From Tubiluchus corallicola (taxonomy: Eukaryota; Animalia; Priapulida): a stretch of 64,000 nt of DNA. The translations under genes and the position numbers were made by a program. Under the pieces are notes generated by a model. That model searched no databases. It was not told the origin of the DNA and worked only from the letters and a program-made list of their open reading frames with translations. Shown here in pieces: positions 1-13,689 of the stretch. The stretch spans positions 1 to 64,000 of the forward strand of contig JAQGDQ010000018.1 of assembly GCA_030141605.1 (NCBI GenBank), in the 5' to 3' direction. How positions within the stretch are numbered: the first letter of the stretch is position 1; each line of letters opens with the position of its first letter.

Positions 1-2484
1 AATGAAATATACGGTTAGCTTTAATTCTGTGCATGATCCTGGCTGATTCCAATCAAAATCTTATATACTGAAATCGCGCTAATTATTTATTCGAACCAGA
101 GGGTATGGGAAAATCCCATTGCGTAAGGGTGACTAACACAGACACATGTTAGCATATCCAACAAGCCTACCTGTAAAATTCCTGAACTGTGTCTAAGTTT
201 TGACATGAAATCGAACTTGAATTTGTTAAGTACAAACAGGCATTTGTATTTTATTTACTTCCACGTGAACCTGCCTATATAAAGAAATGTGTCATTTATC
301 AAACAATAATAATTATAATATCAAGCTACAAAGAGCACTTACTATGTTACTAATGCTCGTAACATACATATGATGCATCTTTGGTGACAACAGGAAATTC
401 TAAACTGTTCACAAACAGATTAAAGTTTTTGCATTTTGATAAATGTCTCTGTACAATAGGCGTATGTATGTAGCTTGTCTCTTTATCCTTCTTCCCATAT
501 TCATTCTTTTATTGTTTTATAATTTATTAATTTAATATGTATTTTAGTGAATTTGAAATTACATAAATAAACAATTAAATTTATATGTTTATATATTCAG
601 ACGAACCTACACATATGCAGGTTCGTAAGGAGTTTAAAGCTCGTTGATTTAGAATTTATTTGAAAGGAACGGATTTCTGAGCAAAAAAGTTTAAGTAGTT
701 AAAGCTTTCTTTTACGAACAATCGCGAAGTAGTTAAATAAGCAGGGAGGATTTCCAGCTCAAATGGAACTTGTGTGGCACGTTTCTTTGCGAACTGAAAG
801 GTGTGACAAAATGTTATAACTAGCCTCATGCGGTAGAGCTATAAGCCTGACAATGAACTCGGTGCCACAATAGATACATGTCAGTCGGAAAACGCAAATT
901 AAACAGATTTACTTATGTGCAAAGATTTGTGACCCCCATAGACAAACTCAGGCATGGTAGTTTCACTTTTCTTCGTTAAACAGGTTGAATGGATAAATTA
1001 GATGAATGATGCCATAATAGACTGAAGAGGTTCATGAGTGTGACATGCAGCCTTGATTCCCTCCCAGCCTGTAGGGGATAGCCAGCTGTTTTGCTCAGCA
1101 GGCTTTACGTACCGGACGGCCTTGCTTTTAGAATTTAACAGAAATGGTTCAGCAAAATGGGACTTTCCTGGGTAAAAATTTAAGTGCAATGAACGAATTA
1201 GTCCACCAGTTGCTATGCAGAAATTTACAAAAATTAAAGTACAATATTCATGTCAACCACTTCTAAAAGTAAAAATGCCACAGATTATAATTATTTTTTC
1301 TTTATTTTAATACTTACAGGTAGGCGATTTGCGTTGCGATTTGTGAATACTTTCTAATGCGAATGAATACATTTATGGTACCATAATGCCATATATAGGC
1401 CACTGATATCAGTATCTATTGACGAACGTAGAAATATTAAAGTAGAAAGATTAATTAAACCAGTAAGGCTCTGTGGTGATATGTCCCCAATGTCCCCCAT
1501 GCAGTTCAGAGAGAATGTACTCGGAAATAAGGAATTAAAATAATAATCTCTCAAACATCTACATGAAGCAAAAACATAATACACGCCTCTATATTTTTAT
1601 CATTTTAACTGCAATTTAAAACTGTCTTCAGTTGATATATAAAATTATTATTTGTGATTTCAGGCACAAGTAAAAACAGTTGTAAAGGCTACAAAGATAG
1701 GCCAACTATTGTAACAGCCACGCTTTTAAGTACTGTATACATTCTGTCACAACCTACATTAAACCAATCTGTAACACACACAGTCCAGTTACTAATGAAC
1801 TTGTGCCAATGACACATTGACTGTTGTTCGGACACAGAAAGGAATTTGACATTCATTCCTTCGGTATAGTCGATCTGTACTTATTAGCGGCGAGCAAATT
1901 TGCCCGTTGGATAATAATGCTAGCTTTACTGAGTACCTGTCCTTGATGACGTAAGATAGCTTCTGCCAACCGAGTGAGCTCATTAGAATACCCGATGCTG
2001 CCTCTAATGATAGCCAATTTGCAGAAACTTTCCCTTTCTGAACGAATCAGAGTGAGGAAGCATGCACCAGTTACACACCGCAGGAAGTCAGGTATTACAC
2101 AAACTTTAATAATCGCTCTTCCTTCGTACTATCGCGTAATTATTGCACTGTTTGATTATGGGCCTTGTTCATCGAGTGTTGGTCCTATGAAATGTAAATA
2201 TTTTTGCCTCAGCGTGTTTGCTTTGCTCTTTAATGATGGTTGTTCGTGATTATGCTGAATTATGTTCATTTTCATTATCGCGTAATATTGATTAAAATAA
2301 AACTAGGTTATAGGTGCATGTAGTTAAACTTCATTAACGTAAACGTCGCGTGTTTAACAAATTACCATAGTTGATGAATTTAGAAAGTTTTTCCTATAAT
2401 TCACTTCAGCGAACCATTATTATTTGTTTATTAAATCATGCAGTTAATTAAATTACAAGCATTAAATTATGTTAGTGAATAGTC

Positions 2485-2680
2485 GATGTGATGTGGTGTC
2501 ACGTGGCATGATGTAGTATATTGATGTGGCTCGGCGTTGTATGATGTGATGTGATGCGGTGCGGTATGGTGTGGTGTGGTACGGTGCGGTGTAGTGTGGT
2601 GTGGTGTTATGTGATGTGGTGAAATGTTGTGTAGCGTAGTATGTTGTGGTGTGAGAAGACGTGATATGATATAGTGTACC
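2485..2680. repeat. Degenerate pentanucleotide microsatellite (TGTGG/TGTGA)n
   Basis: 5-bp periodic gtgat/gtggt/gcggt runs are directly visible. Confidence 0.85.
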
Positions 2681-4502
2681 ATCATATGATGCTGCTTTTA
2701 CCATGTTGATATAGTTGAGTGCCGTAAACATGGTAGGCCACTAAGCCTATTTAGGGCCTACTCGTGTAGGCCATTGTAGTGTTGGAAATATTACCTGTCA
2801 ACATCAATGAGACGTATTTGTTGACAGCTTATTACTCTTTTACTTGTAAGCGGTTATCTCTACCAACCATCAGAGTTCTATAACATTTTAGCGATCCAAT
2901 TAATAGCTTCCCAGCTAAGGTGCCGAATACCATTATGATAACATATTTTCATTCACAAACATTATACTTGTTCCCACGACCCATTATGCCTGGGATCAAG
3001 AAAATTAGTTGTGAGCTACGAATTTTATGTTCTTGTTAGAAGCACTTTCACTTTCGCTCCGATTAAGTGTAATATAAATGTAACTGCGCGTGCTTGAATG
3101 GCCATTTACCTACAGTTATGGAGGGCGGTTCCATTACTAAGTTGTCTGTCATAACTCGTTAGATATCCATAGTCGCCTATATTGAATTATGCATTCGCCA
3201 TGCACTACTGCACGTAAATCATCAATTCACCTGCTTTAATACTCGTACTACTACTACTGCTGCTACTGATCCTACTGTCCTACAGGCCTTTAACTGGTTA
3301 ATAAAACTAGAATAATTTGTAGATAGCACCTTGTTACAGTACCCTTCCCATGCAAAAGAGAAGAGCAAACTGCTGATCTAGCAGTAAAACTAGAATGGCT
3401 CTTTTGTGTGTTGTAAATTTATCAAGTATACTTGAAGTGATTTATCAAAATTTTATGAGCCCAACACCCCAACTTACCTGTTTATTATCATGGATAGTAA
3501 GTATGAGAAGTTTGTCTTTGTAGTTTAGTGACCCACGGTGGAAATTCCCCGTGAGTCCAGCGACTTTCCAATCAAGCCTCCCAGAGCGATGAACTTGTGA
3601 AATTTATCGAGATATAATAATAAATTTTGCATAATTGATGTGTCATGTCAGATTGTATCTAACACTGCATGGGAAGGTATTTGCATGCATTTATTAATTT
3701 CTAATTTCGCAAAGATGATGAAACTGATATAAATGATTGAGCATTTTATAAACTCGCTGCATTTTAAAACGGAGATAATTCCTCCGAAATAAGATAGCAA
3801 AGGTATGTTCAATAACAAAGCAATTTTTCTTTTTCAATGGTGTATCAGCTTTTTCCCCCGTATATATACCCACTAACTGTGTAAAACTGTCTTAAAACTG
3901 TCTATTATATTCAGCATGTGTTATTGTAATTATATTGTATTCGATCAGCATAAGAACGTATGTACACAATACAACTATTGTACGACTATTTTCCCTCAAA
4001 TTTTGCCCAGGTTGAACGGTACATGTAGTATATACCTGCAGAACAAGCTGAATTCCCCCAAATTGCTGCAAAAATTGCTGTGTGGGTTGATCTCGTCGGG
4101 GCGACTGACCTGTTGTAATTGGGCTCCTGTTGAAGTTATTCTTTTCCTGTTTCGTCGCGTTACCTTTCACGGAAATTAGCAAATTTAGTGGTTGCGATTA
4201 AAATTCCGACTTAAGAAAGTTGAAGTTAGGGCGAGGAATTACAAAAGGAACGCATTTTTATTTGTAATGAGTAGGTTTATATCCATAAAACAAAAAGTTT
4301 GATAAAACAGAACAGAACGGGGTATCGGGTAATACGACAATCGCAAGCCAATCGATGTTGCTGTACATCAGAAACAATCGGTAGTAATCAAATCGATAGA
4401 AATAAGAAAAAAATTACTGGTCTATTCAAAGTGACGATAGGATACAATATCCAATATCATACCCAAGAGTTCATCTATAACTTTCAGTTAAAACAAAAAA
4501 AT

Positions 4503-5800
4503 CAGGACACAAGGGTTTTAGACAGAAACATTTTAGACACACGGTACACACAGATCATTTTGGATACATATGTTATTTGGACTAAGGCAGTTTGGACACT
4601 TGGTAATTTGGACACATCGGCGATTTTGACACTAGGTACTTTGGGCAGGTATAAGACATTTGAATGAAAGGTATTTTGGACACATGTTGTCTGAACACAG
4701 GGAGTTTGGACATTAGAATGGGCAATAAAAAATTTCTACTTCGTACAGTTTGTCTTGTGATAAAGAATTTTCCGGGAATCAGTCGCAGCCTCGGCAGATA
4801 ATAAATCGGCGTTCTGGCAACAACTAAGCTAACAGGCCCCACCTGGTAAAACGTTCCTACAATACAAATTCTAGAAAGGCCACTTGAACACCGATATAAG
4901 AAGTTTTTATGAATAGATTGCCTAAAGTTGGTTGATCTCGTACCACGGCCGACTAGTATATTAGAAGATGGTATCATACAATTACCTTTGAATTAGCATA
5001 CGTAATAAATAACGTATAAAATAAATAAATAAAAAAATGATATTTTACTGAAACACGTGTTCCCTTGGCTGGACTGTCGCACTGACTGCATTTTATAGCC
5101 CGTTGTTGCAAACGGCAGTAGACAGTACGGATTCTCGACCAATGAAATCACCTCGTACTTTTCATAAATCATTAATGGGATTTGTGAAAAATACTCGTAG
5201 CAAGCCTAACTTGTCTTGGAAGGGTACAGATATAATATTTTAGGAACAAAAAAAGATAGGGGTACACAATGGTGATACTGCCATCAGCACAAATAATAAT
5301 ATCTATTAATTTTGTTAAATATTTAACTTAAAAAATAAAATATCAGTGCGATTGTCATTATGAAAAAAATGTGAAGCTGTGACAGCTATCCTTCAGTTTT
5401 TATATAATTATAAAGACTTACAGTAGCTTTTGTCCCCAGACTCGTCATTAATGATGTGATTTTGTCATGCCTATTCGTCTGTGTTAGCCAAAAGTCGAGA
5501 TGCAATTCGTCATTGAGGCTGCCTCCAGTAAAGATTCTCAAACGTTAGACAAGGAAAAACAAGCTGCATACATCTTAATTCGTATGGTTTCACTGTCCAG
5601 TGATTGTGTCAAAATGACCTATGTGTCCAAAACATCTAGTGTCCAAAACAACCTAATGTCAAAAACACCTAGTTTTCAAAATGTCCTCTGCGACCAAAAT
5701 ACATATATTAATAATAGTGTCCAAGTCACCTTGTGTCCAAATTACCTGTGTCCAGATAGCCTATGTGTCCGAATGACCTACGTGTACAAATCGGTGCGCA
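4503..5800 (+). mobile_element. Degenerate MULE/foldback-type element with repeat-array termini and a FLYWCH-like remnant
   Basis: The left array (4503-4715) of ~16-17 bp units containing TTTGGACAC is mirrored by a right array (5595-5790) of GTGTCCAAA units in inverted orientation. Internal 5175-5293 reads MGFVKNTRSKP/LVLEGYRYNILGTKKDRGTQW*YC with one frameshift, resembling a FLYWCH finger. Confidence 0.55.
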
Positions 5801-5801
5801 G

Positions 5802-6060
5802 TAAGTTTGGTACAGGTAAATTTGGTCCTGGTAATTTTGGCACAATGAAATCTTGGTATCGTGAAAATGTGCTACTAAAAATTTTAGGTAAAGCGAAATT
5901 TTGGTACTGGGAGCAGTTTTCCTACAAGTAAATAATTTTTCTAGTACAAGATGCCAAAGGTACAAAAGAAGTTTGGTATTAAGAAAGTTTAGTACTCAAA
6001 AAGTTTGGTACTAGACAAATTTGATACGGAAAAAGTTAGGTACAAGGAAAGTTTGGTACT
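5802..6060 (+). repeat. Degenerate tandem array of ~15-17 bp units (AAGTTTGGTAC core)
   Basis: About 15 copies of (A/T)TTTGGTAC with short variable linkers abut the GTGTCC array. Probably the subterminal array of a second, related foldback element. Confidence 0.7.
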
Positions 6061-9000
6061 TTATATATAACCTACTCGAATATGTTATACAGCCCATATT
6101 GTTGCATTTGTTTTTGTTTGATATTTGTTTGTTTGTTGTGTGTTATCATCATTGTCATCATCGTTGCTCTTGTCGGTGCTAATTTTGTTGTTTTCTATGA
6201 AACTTAGAGAAATTACTACGTTATTTCGTTTGCTGCATTGAGTATTTGTAGCAACCGGCTCTTAATTTGCAAGGGTTTTCGTACTTCCAGTATGCAAGCA
6301 CGAATTCTAATGACTCGAATTGACCCACACCAACCTGGGCCAAGTTTTCTTGCACGTATGTTGACATTGTCGGTTGAGTTCATCTGTATTCACTAGGCAA
6401 TGCGATAACTGTCTCAAGACGATCTTGTATATTTTCTGTCTGCTATTCTTTTGCTTTAGGCTTACAACCGTAAACTAGGAAAACGAGCAGTAATAATTGT
6501 TTGGACAAGGAGAATAAACTCAACACACGTTCTTTGACTTTTACGCCATATCCAGAATATAATGTGTTGATTTCTGGGAATCATGTGAACAAACTTATAA
6601 CACATACATGGAAGTCTATATAACAGCGTAACCTAAGAGCCTATACCTATATGTACATAGATAATGCTATAGCACAAATTGAAGGCTTCGAAGATATGTC
6701 AGAAATTCACTGTCGTTCACACTGTAACGTTGCTATTAGGCCTAATATGTAACTGACCTAAATGTTACTGGTATGCTGCTTGTGTGTAGAATGCTTTTGG
6801 ATTTGAGCATAGGTGACCCCAATTGAATAAAATATGGACTGCCGAAATTATATCTAGGCACACGATCTTTTATTCTCAATCAAAATTTGCGTTAATGCAT
6901 TTTGTCACAAAAGCAAAGGTTGAACACAAAGCAAAGGAGTCTCAAATTTGTCCACTTTTGGCGTGGGATTTGCTTTTTTGTCAAATAATGCTCACCTGTA
7001 GACTTACGTTGAATATTATGTAGATGTAAAATACCAGTATATTCAACGGTAACCTTGGTCTACATTTCGTCCATATAATTCAGCTTACCGCAAGCGCGGG
7101 GGCTTTGAGATTTTTCGAGAATTTAACAGCATTTTGAAGAAGGCCTTCGTACAAGTGCTTACACACATAAATACGCACAATAAAGAACATTTGTGTGTCA
7201 CCAGCCTGCGTCGTTAATACAAAAACTTGCATTTTCTGTTAGTACCGTTCATATTCAAAGTGGGCGTGACCTTTCACAGTAAAGCAAACATGAGCCTTCA
7301 CCTTGAAGTATTGCATAAACATCGTATTTTAACCACAATTATTATGATTATTTGCAATTATTGGGAGTTAAATTTTTTTTACTACTAATTAACTTGTTGG
7401 CGCACAATTTCAACCTAAATCAAGAAAGTCATCTGGTGTGCTCACTATACTGTACGTCTATCTGCTGTTCATTACTTAGATAGATAGATAAAATTAATTT
7501 GCGTCTAATGTATGAAACATTCAGGCACAAATAATACCTCATATCTATCAAATAGGAGCTCACCTTTGAGTATTTCACTAATGCAAATGCAATAAAAGCA
7601 AAAATGACATAATGAACGCACAGACGTACGAAGACACGTAAATAGATTTTATATCATAAAAAGGCACGAAATTTGGCAACATTTAAATGATGAAATTAAT
7701 GAAATACTTGGTGGTTCACATTTATTTTTTTCTATACAATAGTTTTCTCCGTTTGCCTAACATCTTGAAGCAGATTTTAGCAGTAATTTTGTATATCTCA
7801 TGATTTCCTATGAAGTGGAAGAAAAGGGGATTTTATAAAGTGTATTGCAAAGAACTTGCCATACAGTTACATTGCTTAACATTACGCTTACAAAGGACTT
7901 ACGTAATTCGAAAAGAATAATTAATCATTTAAAATGTTCGCGCCACCTGGTAAAATGATACTGCATCGCCATCCCAGTCTGTACATTAGTCTTACGGATT
8001 GACAAAAGAAAGTCTTTTATGCTTTTGCTTAGTTGGTATAGTGGGCACTACCGATGCTCTGATTATTTTTCAAACTTTACGCTATGTTATTTAAACTTTT
8101 TTAAAACGACTTACTGGGCTCAACGGTCATTGCGGAAGTTTAAATTTACAAGTTTTATTCAGCGTTACTGTTAATTCAAGCCCTCTATACAATAAAACGG
8201 CATATAAAATGTATAAGTTGCATAAAATTTCAAGACGAATTTTTTCAAGATTTATGGGGGTTTTGAAGAGTGTTTGTTATCCTTTAAATAAACAAACTTA
8301 TCCAAGTCGTTCCAGGTATTGAAGTTGGCTTCACATTGACTATAGAATCTGTCGTTTAACAATGCAGTGTAACAATGGATGCATCTCATCCTTGATAGCA
8401 CTAGCCCACGTAACTCACGTGAATGTTAATTAACAGGATACTTTCGCATCCCCCTTTTTTCATGCTAAATGGGGCGGTGCCACATATAAGTTACGCAAAT
8501 GATGTATGAAATTTTAAAGCATAGCTAATGTTTCTTAAGTTATGTTTCTTAAGCTATGTTTCTGTACCAAAATTAATCTTGAAAAGCTGTAAGTCTTCGG
8601 TTCATTGCTTGTACCTCTTATTGCTACTTCCCTATTCAGCGGATATGATATTATGATGTCATTTTTCATTTGTTTTATCCTGCAACCAATTGTATAGTTA
8701 TTAAATTTTAAAGCAATCAATTGCACGCCGACAGTTAGGCCTACCTTTCCTATTGTACTGTTTTTGTAACTAGTTTACTTCCCGACGATACATTTAATGC
8801 TGCCAGATCAGTTCAATGTTTGTTGATATCAATGTCTTTGCCCGCCATGCTCCTCAAGAACACCTTGAGCAGTGTCATCCACCTACCGCTAAAGCAAACA
8901 TATTCTATTCAGTAGCTTCAAACTTAGTAGAAGCACACGCTGAGACGGGTTATGTGCTAGTTATATCAAAATGCTTGCAAATAAAAAATACATGAAGCTA

Positions 9001-11513
9001 GATGAAAAGTGACGACGTTTGGTGGTAATAATAGTGATGCTGATGATGACGCTCAAAATGTACTAACAAAATAAAAATATATTATTAGAAATATCGTGAA
9101 TTTTTGGCGGAAAAGTGTTATTTGATGGCAAAATTGGTGCGAAAGAATTTAGATGTGAATGATTACTGATATACGCCGAAATCACAGTCGCGTCCCTTGG
9201 CAAGAATTTCACAAACAAAGAAAAGCGCCATTCTTTTACGGTATTTAGTATACTGATAAGATCACTAATTATTTATGATATTAGCATTACTCTTATAAAC
9301 AAAAAATACAGAAATTCCGCTTGCTTATCAGGCCCCATCTTCTAGCAACAGTACCTGTTTACATAGGTCTATTTCAGACAAACCGAACAGGATTCTGTTA
9401 ATTTCGCCAGTTGCTTTAAAAAAACTCTCGCAAAAATATAGAAAATTTTGCCTCGCCGACAAAGTATTCGCGGAGAGTAAAATGATGTATAGACAATACC
9501 AGAAACTAGTCCGAGTAACAAGTCAGTAAATTTAAACCGGATAAAAAGTTCAATGCTTTCGTGGTGTCTTTCTCTCTACTAAGCCTACATGATTGCGCTG
9601 CTATCATATATTTACTAGTGTTCAAGCTATTGAAGTAAGTATTTGAGCGGCCTATGAGTTGTGTTACGCTGTTTGTAAGCATATCGTGAATAACAATTGT
9701 TGTGTAGTACAAACTATTATTTTGAATCATTTTAATCATGTTGAGGCCACCTTCCGTGTTCTACCACTTTTTTCGAATTTTTCCTTTACTGGTTGATTCT
9801 TTGGTTCACTGATCCATTTTCTTACTGGCCATCGCCGTATTAGGTCATCAACAAAGCGTTTTTAGGATCACGAATGCCGTCCTTACCCCTTGTTTCCTCA
9901 GCTCGCTGATCTGTGCTTATCTAGTCCATTAGTTCTTCCAGCTTACTGGCCTTGATTCGAGGCATCGTTGTACAAAATACACCCCATTTTCTAAAATGCT
10001 AAGCTTATAAGTTCAACCTAAACCATACCCAATATACCCTCTTACAATTCAGTAATAGCAATGGAGCTGGGAGCCAATGGACGCGTGAGCTGTCGGGCTG
10101 AAGAATTATTGGGGAATTAATTACTGAATTCTGAAAGATATTAATGGATGCCAGTCCCTGTTTGACAAATCCGTATTTCCTCTGTAGGTCTTAAGTTTGT
10201 TGTTTCTTTTTCTACCCTTGTGATCTAACACAGGAATATACAAGAGGCTAAAGCACAAACAAACACAAACAATCATTGTAAGCACACAACGCAAGCACTT
10301 ATATAATGAAAAATTTTCTAAGTGATAAAAAATGTGATTGTAAAGACACTAACAAAGTCAGTTTGTTCTTAAGCAGTGAACAATCTATTCGTCTCATATG
10401 TGTGATCAACGATTTGCTTAAAATCATTCGCAGCGCATTATGTATTAGCCTTGGCACTGAATTAGTCCGATTTTAATAAAAAAAATCTACCTGATGTCTG
10501 AACTTAGTTACCTGACCTTATATTTTGTTTATCTGCATACGAAAGTCTGAATTAAAACATTTTATACATGAACTAATACTTGCACATTTACTGTATGCGT
10601 GTGCCCATAGAGGCCGCGCTTTTAATACTATGATAGTATTAATGATATTATGTATTTTAACTTGACTAAATCACAATTCTGCAAAATAGTTTTTCTTCAT
10701 CTAACACCACCTTATGCCTATCATCATAGCGACTGCCCTTGATAAAGAATTATTTTGTTTATATAATGTATAATAAACTCTGTATAAGTCGACAATGGCA
10801 CGCGTATAATCCGCTCCCTGACTTTTGACAAGGTTTTTCTATAGTGCTGCATTTTTATTGAAACCTTGTTTAAAAAGGGTTTTAATAAAAGAATTTCATC
10901 ATTTGCAATGATAAAAATCTTGTGCTTGGCTGTGTGCCTGTATACTAAATTATTTCAGGTGATATGGTTTTGCCTTATAGATGTACATAAATTAATTACC
11001 TAAAGTTACCAAATGTTAAAGACTTGACCATTGCATCACTTACCTTAAATCACCCTCGCTATGTTCAAACTGTTTATACTTTGCGTACGCATTTTAGCAA
11101 TATAATAATTGATTTTCAAGCCTTTTAATACATATAATAACATGTTTATGCAAGGTTATATAGGCCTAGGATTATAATATTGTGACAGGCTCTGTCATAT
11201 AACAAATTTGCAATCAAATGATTTCTGTTTCTTGTTTCTTTACAGCATAATAAAATTTGCAGCAAAGTTTGTATTCATAGGAGGATTTATACTGTAGTTA
11301 GATATCCTTAAACATTTTAAAGTTGTTTTGACACACTTTTATTTTTTTATAACACAATTCGTTATTCACTTTTATATTTTTGCACGTGTTGGTACCCAAC
11401 ACATACTAACCAATTTTTATGTTGTCATTACAGTGTAATCAGTTTCATAGGGGTTGCACTAACCTTGCCGCCTCTGACACGTCAGCAGGTCAATGACACA
11501 AACAAAACAGTTA

Positions 11514-12484
11514 CAGTAAAACGGGGTGAGTTCGCCACTTTTTAAGGGTATTTTTTTACGTTTCCTGCCATAGCAAGAGAATTACCAAACCGATTTTCTT
11601 AGTTCAAGCTTTATATTGCCCTTCGAATAAAACACTATCGTGGGGTGAATTCGCCACTAACAATTTAACACTGTTTAATGCCATTCTAGGCAGCTGAAGT
11701 TAACTGGTTGTGATTGGCTGGTTGGGGGTGAGTTCGCCACCCTATGAAAAAATTATAAAAAATGTCTAGTTTTAGTTTTCAAATAGAAACTTCTACATTG
11801 GCAAGGAAGGCTTGAACGTCTTCTGCACTGATCTTCACGCGGGCGCCCTTGATGTTGCCAGCCACTCTGAAAACCAGATTGTTCCTTCGGGCGAATGATT
11901 TGACAATGTCTATTCCAGGGGTGTTTGCCTTGAATCGTCGTTCCTGGATTCCCTTCGCGTCAAGAACACTCTTAATCACTAGTCGGAGATCGATGGCAGC
12001 CATTGGGAACCCCCACTCAGCGGCCACTGGGAGTGTTGGCGATTTCGTGCTCCTCGGCGGCGGAGAACACTGGCTGACCTCCGGTCTTCCGGGGATGACT
12101 TCCTGAGAGTTTGTCAGAAAGGGTCTTTCTTGGAACTCCGAATTGCCTCGCCGCTGGGCTGATTGTCCTGTTGGTATTCTTGACGGCATGTAGGGCAGCT
12201 TCCAGAGCTTCTGGGGTATAATTTTGGTATCTATGACCCGGTACAGGGGTGCAGGTGCGTGGCATGTTAAGTAGCAAGAAATAGTAGACAAATAATATGT
12301 AGCGCAGAATGGAATACTTCTAGTGCGAATTGAAAGAAGATAACTGTCGTAAACTGCTTATAATGACGGTGATCATGATATCTGTTCATTAAACACTGAA
12401 CAATAGTTACAGCAAACCTACAATGGCCAATACGTAAGGGGTGGCGAACTCACCCTCGGGTGGCGAACTCACCCCGTTTTACGG
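11514..12484 (-). mobile_element. Internally deleted pogo-superfamily (Tc1/mariner) DNA transposon
   Basis: 25-bp TIRs (CAGTAAAACGGGGTGAGTTCGCCAC, one mismatch) are flanked by TA at 11512-11513 and 12485-12486. Internal copies of GGGTGAGTTCGCCAC occur near 11642, 11725 and 12440. The element encodes an HTH_psq-like and a CENP-B/Tc5-type HTH but no DDE domain. Confidence 0.88.
11779..12265 (-). pseudogene. Truncated, frameshifted pogo-like transposase N-terminus (psq HTH plus CENP-B-type HTH)
   Basis: ATG at 12265 gives MPRTCTPVPGHRYQNYTPEALEAALHAVK...AARQFGVPRKTLSDKL...GQPVFSAAEEHEIA. A frameshift near 12035 continues as AAEWGFPMAAIDLRLVIKSVLD...RFKANTPGIDIVKSFARRN. It stops before any catalytic domain. 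Confidence 0.8.
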
Positions 12485-13689
12485 TACATCATAAAAAGTA
12501 CAATATAAAAGTCACACTTTCGATTATTTATTCGATACCATCTCATTTTATTATTGTACGACGTGATCGTCGACATCTGTGTAATATTTATATGACCATG
12601 TCGTTGACATATGCCCATGTAAGCCCAATTACGCATTTGAAAATGATTGGGCCCTATATACATTGTAAGAGGTAAACTCAGAGGTTATGATTTTATGACA
12701 TACGTAACACGAAATCTCTTATAATTGATTTTTGTGTAGTTCGTAACTTAGCATAATGAAGATGAAAAAATTTTTACGTTTTCAGAAAAATCTGTTTTTC
12801 CTTAACTCGACGACAGAATTGATTGCGTTTAGATGGTTTTCTTATTTGATATTAAGACGAAAGTTACTTTTAAACAGCTACATTTCTATAGAATTTATAA
12901 AGAAAACATTTTATGTCTCAACAATTTTTAACACCTAGTAGGTCATGAATGTATGCACATTAATTCCATCTGCTATCTTAACCTGCCGAATTCAAATCGA
13001 AAGATTTTAATGATGAACCAGACTAAACAATATTTTTGTGTCAAATTTCTTGCCTTTTGTTAATAATTTTGTAATAACAAACCTTTGCTTTGTAGCTTCA
13101 GTAAAAGAGTTCTTCCCAAAACACCGTTTAGTGCCTGCAGCAAAGAATTTGATAGTTGAATATGACAGTTCTTATCGAAGATGCTATGCTTTAGAGACTT
13201 TTCATTATCACGTCACGTAAAATCATACGTAATTAAATACGAATTTTCTAGTTTTCTGCTGAATGAGCTGATGCATAACTTGTTGACTTATAATTGAGGT
13301 CGCTATTTTTGGACGCTCAGCAACATAGTTCTAGTGCAAAGATTTTATAGAAATTGTCAAGTTTTTAAATATTCTTCACCAGTATTAATGTGTGGCAAGG
13401 GTTATTAACTTTTTTATTTATTGACATTTTTATATATATTAAAATTGTATAAAAGAAGAATCAGCAGGCTCAAGCGCACTTTCGCTGGCACAAAATGAGG
13501 CACAAAAATAAAATCTATAAAAACAATACCCTAAAACTGAAATCTGTCATTAAAAGGCTTCTAATAAAATGTAACTAAATGTGAATTATATACTATATAA
13601 AAACACGTTTTATACAATAATACGGTTTGGAGAGAACCAATTACGCCAATGACAATGTTACATGTTTCGGATAAAGTTGCAATAAGGCT

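Noticed and set aside
1320-1346. Possible upstream zinc-finger exon (acceptor followed by VGDLRCDL)
   Set aside because: An in-frame TGA falls where the second Cys would be, and no finger pattern follows.
2462-2731. His/Thr-rich ORFs
   Set aside because: Translation artefacts of a 5-bp microsatellite.
4503-6060. CRISPR-like array of short repeats with variable spacers
   Set aside because: Units are only ~16 bp and degenerate, with 5-8 nt linkers. The context is eukaryotic with no cas genes, and the pattern fits transposon subterminal arrays.
11849-12106. 85-aa plus-strand ORF
   Set aside because: Antisense shadow of the pogo transposase fragment.
12680-13235. Possible TIR element bounded by TATGATTTTA...TAAAATCATA
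   Set aside because: The inverted match is short and AT-rich and I could not define a TSD.
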